From: Balanoglossus misakiensis
Taxonomy: Eukaryota; Animalia; Hemichordata
Length of the DNA: 64,000 nt
NCBI GenBank assembly: GCA_040954595.2
Contig: JBECUI020000025.1
Coordinates: 419,406-483,405, forward strand
Reading direction: 5' to 3'
The notes beneath the pieces were generated by a model. That model did no database searches. It saw nothing but the letters and a program-made list of their open reading frames with translations, and was not told where the DNA came from. This document shows, one piece after another, positions 10,324 to 20,080 of the stretch (position 1 is its first letter; each line of letters begins with the position of its first letter). A program made the translations under genes and the position numbers.

Positions 10324-11556
10324 CTACATAGCACGTATGCCGGCTTCCGCTGCTTCCTGCATGCCCGCTGCTGCCTGCTGGGGCGTAGAACTCCCGGCAA
10401 GCACCGCATTTAATTCAGGCTTCATTGCATCCCATATTGCACGCATTTCCACGACAGACGGCATAGGAGTACCAAACTGAACCTGTGCAGCTGAATTTCT
10501 GAGTATCTCATCTCCTGCTCGTACTACATTTGAATCCAGAACTTGCAATAATGCGGGAAGTCGCTTAAAGGTGTTGAGCATCTCTATCTGAATTGCCTCA
10601 GATGTAACAAAGGCAATAAACTGCTTAATTGCTTCACGTTTTGCACCTACAACACCATCAGCTACCATGAAGTACTTACCGGATGTATAGGGTGCCGGAT
10701 ACAGACCCGTTTCCGAAGATGCCGGAAGCGGCGCAACGGCGAAGTCATCGCCAAGTACACTGCTGTAATCGCCTAATGCCCAGTCCCCGTTTATAATCAT
10801 GCCTGCCTTGCCTTCCTTAAACAATGTGTCCATAGTACTGTAGTCAGACTCGGGAGGAACAATTTTATGTGTGTACTTCAAGTCGTAGAGGAACTGTAAG
10901 GTCGAAACCATAGCTCTGGTATTAAGTGTTGGGGTTACCCCGTCCTCGGCAAATACCTTTCCGCCAAAGGCACCTAGCCAGGGTACAAGCCAGAATGGTT
11001 CTAACTGATTGTACACTAATCCGTAGGTATCTCCACTCGTCAAATTCTTTCCCATACGGATAAACTCTTCGGTGTTGGTCGGAGCTACTTCCACAAGTTT
11101 CTTGTTATACATAAGCATAAGATGATTACCGCTGGATATTGGAACGCCATAGATTTGACCATCAAAAGCGACTGATTCAATAAATGCATTGCTGTCATAG
11201 AGATCATCAACTGGTGATATTAATCCGGCTGCGGTAAAAGGACCGGCATGGTCATTAACTGTCCATAATAATTCAGGCGGAGTACCGGCAAAACTTGCTG
11301 TCTGGAAATCCTCTCGCAAAGCCTCGGTATCTTTCGTTACCGTCTCAATGGTAATGCCCGGATTGTCTGCCATAAAACGATCGGTTAGATCAACTATCCA
11401 GTTATATACCCCTTCCGATTCACCTTCCTGCGTCCATAGAACAAAGTGCACTGCCCCATCGGAAGCGGCTGCATCTTCTCCTGAACCACCCATTTGCACA
11501 AGTAAAAAAATTGCAAGAGTAAACATGCAAACTGAACGTATAATATTATTCATCAT
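10324..11556 (-). CDS. Maltose/maltodextrin-type ABC solute-binding protein (MalE-like)
   Basis: Signal peptide, F.EGKAGMIINGDW, PMPSVVEMRAIW; G-rich RBS before ATG 11556. Confidence 0.85.
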   Translation of the reverse strand: MMNNIIRSVCMFTLAIFLLVQMGGSGEDAAASDGAVHFVLWTQEGESEGVYNWIVDLTDRFMADNPGITIETVTKDTEALREDFQTASFAGTPPELLWTVNDHAGPFTAAGLISPVDDLYDSNAFIESVAFDGQIYGVPISSGNHLMLMYNKKLVEVAPTNTEEFIRMGKNLTSGDTYGLVYNQLEPFWLVPWLGAFGGKVFAEDGVTPTLNTRAMVSTLQFLYDLKYTHKIVPPESDYSTMDTLFKEGKAGMIINGDWALGDYSSVLGDDFAVAPLPASSETGLYPAPYTSGKYFMVADGVVGAKREAIKQFIAFVTSEAIQIEMLNTFKRLPALLQVLDSNVVRAGDEILRNSAAQVQFGTPMPSVVEMRAIWDAMKPELNAVLAGSSTPQQAAAGMQEAAEAGIRAM

Positions 11557-11584
11557 AAGTCCCCCCTCGAAAATAGTATCACGC

Positions 11585-11627
11585 ATTGTAGCATATTATA
11601 TCGTTCATTGCAAGAGTATGCTTGCAA
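11585..11627. promoter_or_regulatory. Promoter of the mal-type operon (TTGCAA-17-TACAAT, minus strand) overlapping inverted repeat TTGCAAG-N6-CTTGCAA
   Basis: Hexamers and a perfect 7-bp inverted repeat (11608-11627) read directly from the sequence. Confidence 0.5.
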
Positions 11628-11659
11628 CAGCGCTAAAAATATGATATTATTGTTTTTAA

Positions 11660-12151
11660 ATGAAAGATACATCCTTGAACGCTTGCAAAGGCATTTTCTT
11701 CTGCATATTGCTGTTAACATTGCTGTTGATCTGTATCCCTCTTTCGGCACAACCAAATGATGCTGAATTACAGTTGAAAGATGACTACGCTATTGGCGGG
11801 TACGATGTAGTGGCATATTTTACAATGCAAGAAGCAGTGCCGGGAAATGCATTGTTTCGTCATGAATGGGATGGAAAGATATGGCTGTTTAGCTCCGAAG
11901 AGCATAGGGTTCTGTTTCAAGAAAATCCCGACACCTACGCTCCCCAGTACGGTGCGTACTGTGCATATGCTATGGCACATAACTACCTTGCACCCATCGA
12001 TCCGGAGGCATGGAATCTGTACGAGGATCGATTATATCTCAACTTTAATACGAACTATCGAGATAAATGGCTGGAGAAAAAAGTGGAATATATTCAAGCA
12101 GGAGATGCGAACTGGCTGGTTAAAAAAGAAGAAATTCAAACATCACCATGA
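11660..12151 (+). CDS. YHS-domain-containing exported protein
   Basis: Signal peptide; GGYDVVAYF, YAPQYGAYCAYAM, IDPEAW, RLYLNFN. Confidence 0.85.
   Translation: MKDTSLNACKGIFFCILLLTLLLICIPLSAQPNDAELQLKDDYAIGGYDVVAYFTMQEAVPGNALFRHEWDGKIWLFSSEEHRVLFQENPDTYAPQYGAYCAYAMAHNYLAPIDPEAWNLYEDRLYLNFNTNYRDKWLEKKVEYIQAGDANWLVKKEEIQTSP
11738..12151 (+). repeat. Direct repeat A, left copy (414 bp, 3' part of YHS gene); partner 19634-20047
   Basis: Colinear by eye with about 12 substitutions and no indels. Confidence 0.95.
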
Positions 12152-12252
12152 ATAAACTTTACTGACTTATGGAATACCTATATTAATTGGGGTCGTGGAT
12201 TCTGATTACAAAATACAGACTATCCAAATATTTTTTTGAAAGTATCCACAGA

Positions 12253-12474
12253 CTACCTAAACCCATCTATATATGTACCACCTTCAGGAGCATATACACT
12301 TTCAAGCGTTATCGCACCAGAATATCCATCGTCCTTAAGAGCCCTTGCAATCGGTTCCAAATAGGGTCTCATCTCCCCTTCTCCTAAAGGACAGCAAGTA
12401 ACCTCTGCCTTAGGAATGTCGACAGTAACATCTTTCATATGAATATGTCCAAGAACATCTTTTATCTCATTGAG
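12253..12474 (-). pseudogene. Fragment of a sugar-phosphate isomerase/epimerase (xylose-isomerase-like TIM barrel)
   Basis: GHIHMKD...PLGEG...GYSGAITLE motif only; no 5' part. Confidence 0.7.
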
Positions 12475-12623
12475 GGACGATTTTTTTCTAACATATCTTT
12501 CTTAGTCGCTAGCATGAGTGCAAGTGTTCCGTTTTCGGCTCCACTTAAACTAACAGAACTTGAATTTCTTTTACATAGCCATTGGGATAAGTGATTGAAC
12601 CAAAGTTAAGTATTTTTATTTTC

Positions 12624-13574
12624 TTAATTCCCAGAATCAATCAAAGAGTCTAGCTTCTCTAGGTTTTTTACTAATAATTCAATGAACTGATCTCTTTTAA
12701 CATCAATCAGTACATTTACATTTGGAGGATTTTCCATAATTTTTCTATTATCTGCAACTGTCATCCCTCTAGTAATGCTTCCTTGAGTCTCCACTTTTAT
12801 TGAGTGTTTTGTAGATGTAAATAACTCAGGAGCAATCAGCCAGACTGCAGCACAGGGATCATGCAGGGCACTTCCATCATATCCGAATTTTTTTGAATAT
12901 ATTGAATAAAAGTCTAATAGTTCTGCTGTGAATTTTGACGCTCTACCCTTATCTCTTAACTTGTCCCATTCCTCTTTATATATCATGGCTTTATCAGTTA
13001 CATCCAACCCACTCATAGTAATTGGCACACCAGAATCATATACAACTTCAGCAGCCTCGGGATCAACGTATACATTAAACTCAGCAGCTCTAGTAATATT
13101 TCCTCGAATTAGACCTCCACCCATGAATGATATCTCTTGGATATTATCTTTTATCGAAGGATTCTTCATAAATAGCTTTGCTAAATTTGTCAGAGGACCA
13201 AGTGCCAAAATTGTAATTTTTTCAACACTCTGAAGAATCAATTCTTCCATAAAAATTACACCATTTTTTGAAACAGGCTTTATTGAAGGTTCAGATAAGA
13301 CTGGTCCATCCATCCCAGTTTCTCCATGAGCTTCGGCTCCAGTCTCCAATTCTCTGTTTAATGGTTTAGATTCACCCATTGCAACAGGTATATTACTTTT
13401 TGTCAGCTCTATGATTTTTAACATATTGTTAGTAACTTTTTCCAAGGACTGATTCCCAGCGACTGTTACAATTCCAAGAATTTCAAATTCTTCAGGCATA
13501 GCCAGCAAAGACATTATTGCCATAGCATCATCATGACCCGGATCTGTATCTATAATTATTTTTCTTCTACTCAT
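12624..13574 (-). CDS. Nucleoside hydrolase (IU-NH / Rih family)
   Basis: IIDTDPGHDDA, AEFNVYVDPEAA, LHDP. Confidence 0.93.
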   Translation of the reverse strand: MSRRKIIIDTDPGHDDAMAIMSLLAMPEEFEILGIVTVAGNQSLEKVTNNMLKIIELTKSNIPVAMGESKPLNRELETGAEAHGETGMDGPVLSEPSIKPVSKNGVIFMEELILQSVEKITILALGPLTNLAKLFMKNPSIKDNIQEISFMGGGLIRGNITRAAEFNVYVDPEAAEVVYDSGVPITMSGLDVTDKAMIYKEEWDKLRDKGRASKFTAELLDFYSIYSKKFGYDGSALHDPCAAVWLIAPELFTSTKHSIKVETQGSITRGMTVADNRKIMENPPNVNVLIDVKRDQFIELLVKNLEKLDSLIDSGN

Positions 13575-14500
13575 TTTGATTCCTTTAATCTACCTTTTTT
13601 TCTGGTATGTGAAATTGCATATGCAGATAGGCCGATTAAAGTACCCCAATATGGGAGCGTATTAAGAAGTTCTGCCGGGATATTTACAATTTGCAATGTG
13701 TTCGAGAGTGCATCTGTCATTCCAAAAATGAAAGCTGTAATCGTGGTTTTTAATACGGATCCTCCTCCCATAGCTTCAGAAGCGAGTGCTATCCAACCTC
13801 TTCCTGCCGACATATTCCTTGAAAACCATGAAACATAACCCATTGAGAGAAATGCTCCACCTAAAGAGGCCAATACACCACTTAATATCAAAGCAAGGAA
13901 TTTGATTTTATATACATCAATGCCAACAGATTTTGCAGCATCAGGATTTTCACCAACTGCTTTAATCCATGCTCCCAATGGTGTGTGTTTTAATAAATAC
14001 CAAACACCAAGAACTGCAATAAAACATATGTATGTGAGAAGATTATGACCTGAAAAGATTGGACCTATAACAGGAATATTCTCAAAGAGATGAATGTTTA
14101 TTTGGGGAAAAACTTTACTGGGCAAAGAAGCAGATGTTCCTTTATCTCCAGTTACAAGATATAGGATAAAAATCGATCCGCCATCAGCAAAAAGATTGAT
14201 TGCTATTCCTCCGAGAATAATATGTGTTTTCAATTTTAGAGTGAACCATGCCAGAATGGATGAAATCATAATTCCGACAAGTATAGCTCCGATTAATCCG
14301 ACTAGAACACTTCCTGTAAAGCTACTGAATATGACACCTCCCAGAGCTGCAAGTAACATTATTCCCTCTAGCCCAATATTTACAATTCCAGCTCTATCTG
14401 AAATTAGTGCTCCCATTGCAGCAAATATAATAGGTGTACTAACTCGAATTATTGAAAATGCAAAATCTGATGTAAAAATTAAATCTGTAAATATATTCAT
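13571..14500 (-). CDS. Nucleoside ABC transporter permease (CUT2, NupQ-like)
   Basis: AGIVNIGLEG, AVGENPDAAKSVGI, GRGWIALA. Confidence 0.9.
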   Translation of the reverse strand: MNIFTDLIFTSDFAFSIIRVSTPIIFAAMGALISDRAGIVNIGLEGIMLLAALGGVIFSSFTGSVLVGLIGAILVGIMISSILAWFTLKLKTHIILGGIAINLFADGGSIFILYLVTGDKGTSASLPSKVFPQINIHLFENIPVIGPIFSGHNLLTYICFIAVLGVWYLLKHTPLGAWIKAVGENPDAAKSVGIDVYKIKFLALILSGVLASLGGAFLSMGYVSWFSRNMSAGRGWIALASEAMGGGSVLKTTITAFIFGMTDALSNTLQIVNIPAELLNTLPYWGTLIGLSAYAISHTRKKGRLKESK

Positions 14501-15540
14501 CTCTCAGCCGCCTTAAGTAGTTGTCTCTGTCTCCAGTAAAATAAAAATCTTTCTGCAGAAACCAGTAGGATTATTACGGCCTGTACAATTGATACCATTT
14601 CAGCTGGAACATCGCTTTGCCATGCCATGATATCTGCTCCAATTCTGATGTAGGCAATGAATAGTGCTGCCCCAAGGACGGAAAGAGGCTTATTCCTTGC
14701 CAATATTGCAACAAGAGCCCCATCAAAACCAAGTCCAGGAAGTGATGCCCACCTGAATCTGTTATACATACCTAAAACTTCAACAGAACCACCAAGTCCA
14801 GCCAATGCTCCAGCAATTAGATGTGCAATGAGAATGAGTTTTACAGAACTAAAACCAGAATATTCTGTATAACTTTTGTTCATACCAAACAGTTTGAGAA
14901 TGTATCCCCATTTAGTGTGATTAAAGAATATATAAACAAGAGCTACTGCGACTAAACAGATAATAAGACCTATATGTATTCTTGTACCGGGAAACAACAG
15001 ATTTAATCTAGCAGTATCGGCAAATTTCAATGATGCAATTTCTGTAAGATTCTTATCTCTTATATAATAATTTAAAAAATATAGACCGACTCCTGCTAAA
15101 ATACTATTAAGCATAAGGGATGATACCAACTCACTGGCATTCCATTTTGCTTTTAAGATTCCCGGAATAAAAGCCACTGTCATTCCGACTAAAACTCCAA
15201 GGAAAATTCCCACTATTGGATGAAAAAATTTTGATTGTATAGGTAGCAGTACTGCAATAAATGCAACTGTCAGTCCACTAATATAAAAGATTCCTTCTGC
15301 ACCTAAATTAAATAGATTTGCCCGAAATAGAATTGCAGTTGATAATCCGGCAAAAACTAATGGTATCATCAATTCAATTACATTACCCATATAACGCATA
15401 TGTTTGAATGGACCCAATAGAAGTAAACTCATTGTCTTTAATGGTGTTTCACTGACAAATAGAATTAGCAAAAAAGCCAATCCCAATGCAATCAGGATTG
15501 CCAGCAGTGTTCTGACTCTATTAAATGACTGGTCTTTCAT
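14497..15540 (-). CDS. Nucleoside ABC transporter permease (CUT2, NupP-like)
   Basis: LFNLGAEG, GLGFDGALVAILARNKP. Confidence 0.9.
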   Translation of the reverse strand: MKDQSFNRVRTLLAILIALGLAFLLILFVSETPLKTMSLLLLGPFKHMRYMGNVIELMIPLVFAGLSTAILFRANLFNLGAEGIFYISGLTVAFIAVLLPIQSKFFHPIVGIFLGVLVGMTVAFIPGILKAKWNASELVSSLMLNSILAGVGLYFLNYYIRDKNLTEIASLKFADTARLNLLFPGTRIHIGLIICLVAVALVYIFFNHTKWGYILKLFGMNKSYTEYSGFSSVKLILIAHLIAGALAGLGGSVEVLGMYNRFRWASLPGLGFDGALVAILARNKPLSVLGAALFIAYIRIGADIMAWQSDVPAEMVSIVQAVIILLVSAERFLFYWRQRQLLKAAER

Positions 15541-17066
15541 ATTTTCAAATCTTTCTGTTTTAAACCGAGCATATATAAACCTAGCTCCTTTTCATTCAAA
15601 TCTGAGATATCATCAAACCGTGCAGTAACCTTCCCTTCAAACATGACGATTACACTTGTGCACAAAGCCAAAATCTCATTCAAATCTGCAGAGACCATTA
15701 ATATAGCTGTATCTTTCTGACTTAATTCGACTATTTTGTGATGGATACTTTGAGCTGCTCCAACATCAACACCTCGTGTGGGCTGATCTGCAATTAATAT
15801 TTTTGGAGAATTAGAACATTCCCTGGCGACAACAACTTTTTGAATATTTCCTCCAGAGAGTAAACCCACATGACTATTAACATCCGGGCATAATATCCCA
15901 AACGCTTCAACTTTCTCATGTGCATAATCAGAAATTGCAGCCCTTTTGAGAAAACCATTTTTAGCGAAATCTACATGCTCTATTTGATTTGTAATTAGAT
16001 TTTCCCAGATTGAACCTTGAACTGCACATCCATCCTTCATGCGATCTTCAGGTATGTATGAAACACCCCAGGATCTTACTTTGTGAATACCTTGTGCATG
16101 CAAATCATTATTTCCAATCCGAATAGTACCAGCTGTCATCTTCTCACGCCCTGTAAGAATCTGAATTAATTCTGTTTGGCCATTACCTTCTACACCGGCA
16201 ATTCCCAGTATCTCACCTTGTCTTAGAGTGAAGTTCAAATCATTAAGCAATTTTTTACCGCTATTACTTGACAGAGCTAACTGAGAAACATCAAGAACAA
16301 CCTTCCCAAATTTTTGCTTCTCTTTTTTACTGGTTTTAATTAGATTTTTTCCAATCATACACTTAGAGATCTCTTCTTCAGAGACATCTTTAGTCAAATA
16401 AGAACCTGTCACTTCACCCTTTCTTATGATTGTAACTCGATCACTTATAGCTTTTACTTCCTTAAGCTTGTGAGAAATAAATACAATCGTATGACCTTTA
16501 TCTTTTAATTGTAATAATTCATCAAATAATTCATCGGTTTCCTGTGGAGTTAAAACAGCTGTGGGTTCATCCAATATTAAAATCTTTGCCCCTCGATACA
16601 AAGCTTTAAGAATTTCGATTTTCTGCATCACACCAACAGTTATATCTTCAACTTTTGCTTCAGGATCAACGGGAAGATTAAAACGGGAAGATATTTCATG
16701 AGTCTCTTTTATTGCTCTGTTCTTATCTATTTTCGTATATGAAGCAGGCTCTATTCCCAGCACCAGGTTTTCTGCGACAGTGAAGGAAGGTACCAGCATA
16801 AAATGCTGGTGAACCATTCCTATACCCAACTCTATTGCTTTTTGTGAAGAATTTATCTCAATAGATTTTCCTTTAAAAAATATTTTTCCTCGAGATGGTA
16901 ATTCCATACCGAATAAAATTTTCATTAAAGTAGATTTTCCAGCACCATTCTCACCGCAAATTGCATGAATCTCCCCTTCCTCAAGTGAAAAAGAGATATT
17001 CTTATTTGCGATAACACCACTGGGGTATACTTTTGTGATATTCTCAAGCTTTAGAATTGGGTTCAT
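15537..17066 (-). CDS. Nucleoside ABC transporter ATP-binding protein (double ABC domain)
   Basis: GENGAGKST, GMVHQHF, LDEPTAVL, LSGGNIQK. Confidence 0.93.
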   Translation of the reverse strand: MNPILKLENITKVYPSGVIANKNISFSLEEGEIHAICGENGAGKSTLMKILFGMELPSRGKIFFKGKSIEINSSQKAIELGIGMVHQHFMLVPSFTVAENLVLGIEPASYTKIDKNRAIKETHEISSRFNLPVDPEAKVEDITVGVMQKIEILKALYRGAKILILDEPTAVLTPQETDELFDELLQLKDKGHTIVFISHKLKEVKAISDRVTIIRKGEVTGSYLTKDVSEEEISKCMIGKNLIKTSKKEKQKFGKVVLDVSQLALSSNSGKKLLNDLNFTLRQGEILGIAGVEGNGQTELIQILTGREKMTAGTIRIGNNDLHAQGIHKVRSWGVSYIPEDRMKDGCAVQGSIWENLITNQIEHVDFAKNGFLKRAAISDYAHEKVEAFGILCPDVNSHVGLLSGGNIQKVVVARECSNSPKILIADQPTRGVDVGAAQSIHHKIVELSQKDTAILMVSADLNEILALCTSVIVMFEGKVTARFDDISDLNEKELGLYMLGLKQKDLKI

Positions 17067-17076
17067 ATTACCTAAC

Positions 17077-18180
17077 TTAATAAATAGAAACAGAGTTTCT
17101 CATAGAATCGACTTCAGCAGAACTCATACCAAAAGCAGATGAAATTGTGATAGATCCATTTATGAGCAATTCTTCAATACGTTCTATTTCTTTCTTGATT
17201 TTTTCAGGCAGAAGAATGTCATAATACCGGTTCTTAGCAAGACCAACACCACCTTCTTTCACTCCAAGGTTCTCATGAACACCATATTTAAGTGAACCTT
17301 CGACATCCATTGTAACAGCTCTTAAAATAGCCTGATCAATCATCTTGACTGTTGATGTAACAATACGTTCTGCTTTTGCAGGATCTGACTCACTGAACAT
17401 CAGAGCTTGATCTGAATCAACTCCTATCGCATAAGCATTACTATCTTTAGCGGCATCAAGAAGACCTAAACCAGTTCCTCCGGCAACATTATAGCTAACA
17501 TCAACACCGGATTTATACTGAACCAAGGACAATTCTTTCCCTTTCGCAGGATCTGCAAAACTTCCAGCATATGAGATAAAAACTTTAGTTTTTTCATCAA
17601 CACTTAAAGCACCCTCAATATAACCAACAAGAAAATCGTTGATTCCAGGAATATCCATTCCCCCTAAGAATCCAATAAGTTTCTCATCATTTGCAGATTC
17701 CATTTCTGACTTTGTTATTAAAGCCGCAGTAATTCCCGCAAGAAAACCAATGTCATTTGATGCATATGACATAGAATACACATTATCAGGTGTTTCAGTT
17801 ATTGAAGTATCAAAATTGATGAACTTTTGATCAGGATATTGTGGTGCGATTTCATTTAATAGTTCAGTCATAGAACTCCCGGTAATAATGATATCCCATC
17901 CTGTCACTATTGCATCAAATAAAGCGGGTTCCCATCTTGTTGAATCTGTTCCGGCTTCAATAACTTTTGTTTCTGCACCCAAATTTTCTTCCATAAGCTT
18001 CAAACCATTATTAGCCGAATCAAAAAAAGATTTATCACCCAAATTTCCTGGAATGATAAGAATCACTTTTAAAGATTCACTTTCAGAACTTTTTGCTGAC
18101 TCCTGGTTTCCTTCTGCAAAGAGACACAGTCCACCAAACGTGATTAAGACAATTGTAAGAAATACATTTCTTTTTTTCAT
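17077..18180 (-). CDS. BMP-family nucleoside-binding protein
   Basis: GDKSFFDSA, AIGVDSDQ, G.F.DPAKGKE. Confidence 0.9.
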   Translation of the reverse strand: MKKRNVFLTIVLITFGGLCLFAEGNQESAKSSESESLKVILIIPGNLGDKSFFDSANNGLKLMEENLGAETKVIEAGTDSTRWEPALFDAIVTGWDIIITGSSMTELLNEIAPQYPDQKFINFDTSITETPDNVYSMSYASNDIGFLAGITAALITKSEMESANDEKLIGFLGGMDIPGINDFLVGYIEGALSVDEKTKVFISYAGSFADPAKGKELSLVQYKSGVDVSYNVAGGTGLGLLDAAKDSNAYAIGVDSDQALMFSESDPAKAERIVTSTVKMIDQAILRAVTMDVEGSLKYGVHENLGVKEGGVGLAKNRYYDILLPEKIKKEIERIEELLINGSITISSAFGMSSAEVDSMRNSVSIY

Positions 18181-18206
18181 AAAAACTCCTTTTTCAAATA
18201 AAGTAA

Positions 18207-18365
18207 CTTAACAAAAACTTATCAAATACTTGTTGTTAAGCATTTATCATCCTTATATACTAACTATATAACTAAATCTTGTCAAATAAAACTTAACAAT
18301 TCTATAAATATTAATCTTTTGATAAGCATTGTTAAGTTGACGCTCCTGTTCTTTTGATATAAAAT
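18207..18365. promoter_or_regulatory. Divergent promoters (TTGACA-17-TAGTAT on minus; TTGACG-17-TAAAAT on plus) with six copies of CTTA(A/T)CAA, a candidate operator
   Basis: Motif at 18207, 18218, 18292 (forward) and 18233, 18319, 18329 (reverse). Confidence 0.6.
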
Positions 18366-18371
18366 CACACT

Positions 18372-19376
18372 ATGAGCATACGTATGAGAGAAATTGCCGA
18401 TAGAGTTGGAGTTTCAAAAGCTGCAGTTTCTATGGCATTAAACAATAAAAAAGGTGTTAGCAAGGAAAAATCTGACAAGATACGGCAAGTAGCTAAAGAA
18501 ATGGGTTACTTTGATAAAAAGGAGGCTTTCACAGAGGGAACAGTAATCAACTTCATACAAATTTTTAAACCCCAGGGCCACTGGGATGAACTTTATCGAG
18601 TTTTTATAGCAGATTATCTAAAAGGAATGACACTTGAAGCCGTTAAACATGAACTGACATTAGAGGTCAAAACATTTGAAACTAATGATATGAATTATAT
18701 TAAAGAAGAATTAAATTCATATTCTTCTGTTGGTATTATCTTTCTTGGAGCAGGATTATATGAAAATGATATAAAAGTCCTACAAGAAATAAATCATCCT
18801 TCGGTATTTATAGATGTTTGCTATCCAGGAGTCTCAGCAGATTTTGTAGATATGAATAATGAAGACTCTGTGATATCAATCATTGATTATCTTGTTGATA
18901 AGGGTCATAAAAAGATTGGTATGGTTCAAGCTAGAGAAAAAACCCCAAATTTTTATCTGAGGGAATCAGCTTTTCACAATGAAATAAAAAATAGATCGTT
19001 AGAATGGGAAAAATCCTGGTTCTATAAAATTGATGCTGACCAGACAATTGGACTTGAATTAATGAAAAAGTTATTAACAGACAGTGATTCAAGCCCTACA
19101 GCTTTATTCTGTGTCAATGATATTTTAGCTTATAATTGTATCCATGCATGTAATGAGTTAAATATCAAAATTCCTGATCAACTTGCTATTGTTGGCTTTG
19201 ATGATCTCCCAACAAGTAATATTATGAGACCAAGATTAACTACTATTAATATTTCTAAAAAGTTAATTGCTAAAAGAGCTATGCAAATTCTAATAGAAAA
19301 AATAGAATACCCGACTAAAAAACCTTTTGAGAAAATTACAATATCTGGAATTTTAATTCAAAGGGATAGTGCTTGA
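18372..19376 (+). CDS. LacI-family transcriptional regulator
   Basis: IADRVGVSKAAVSMALN HTH; IVGFDD, RLTTI. Confidence 0.93.
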   Translation: MSIRMREIADRVGVSKAAVSMALNNKKGVSKEKSDKIRQVAKEMGYFDKKEAFTEGTVINFIQIFKPQGHWDELYRVFIADYLKGMTLEAVKHELTLEVKTFETNDMNYIKEELNSYSSVGIIFLGAGLYENDIKVLQEINHPSVFIDVCYPGVSADFVDMNNEDSVISIIDYLVDKGHKKIGMVQAREKTPNFYLRESAFHNEIKNRSLEWEKSWFYKIDADQTIGLELMKKLLTDSDSSPTALFCVNDILAYNCIHACNELNIKIPDQLAIVGFDDLPTSNIMRPRLTTINISKKLIAKRAMQILIEKIEYPTKKPFEKITISGILIQRDSA

Positions 19377-19633
19377 AAGAATTCATTAACATCAATCATA
19401 CATTCGGGCACTTTGCCTCGTCGACTCTATTACGACCTTCACACATGTTAGGTAAAGTGAAGTCAGAAAGTGCGAAATTTCGTGGTTTCAGGTGATTTTA
19501 GACACATATGGACCTATATGCTTTTAAAACAAGTTAATTTACCAAACTTAGTCGATTAGCAATATAAGCTAATTGATTCACATTGACCTGGGCCAAATCT
19601 GCATTTTTAGTCTGAACAAGGTTTTTCTTTATA

Positions 19634-20047
19634 CCTCTTTCGGCACAACCAAATGATGCTGAATTACCGTTGGAAGATGACTACGCCATTGGCGGGTATG
19701 ATGTAGTGGCATATTTTACTATGCAAGAAGCAGTGCCGGGAAATGCATTGTTTCGTCATGAATGGGATGGAAAGATATGGCTGTTTAGCTCCGAAGAGCA
19801 TAGAGCCATGTTTCAAGAAAATCCCGACACCTACGCTCCCCAGTACGGTGCGTACTGTGCATATGCTATGGCACATAACTACCTTGCACCCATCGATCCG
19901 GAGGCATGGAATCTGTACGAGGATCGATTATATCTCAACTTTAATACGAACTATCGAGATAAATGGCTGGAGAAAAAAGTGGAATACATTCAAGCAGGAG
20001 ATGCAAACTGGCTGGTTAAAAAAGAGGAAATTCAAACATCACCATGA
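19634..20047 (+). pseudogene. Direct repeat A, right copy: 5'-truncated YHS gene lacking start codon and most of the signal peptide
   Basis: Matches 11738-12151; the sequence upstream is unrelated. Confidence 0.9.
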
Positions 20048-20080
20048 TATAGATTCAGACACAGAGAACATGAGGATATT

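Noticed and set aside
11660-12151. Selenoprotein (the family is often labelled YHS seleno-protein)
   Set aside because: The motif GAYCAY uses TGT (Cys) in both copies; no in-frame TGA
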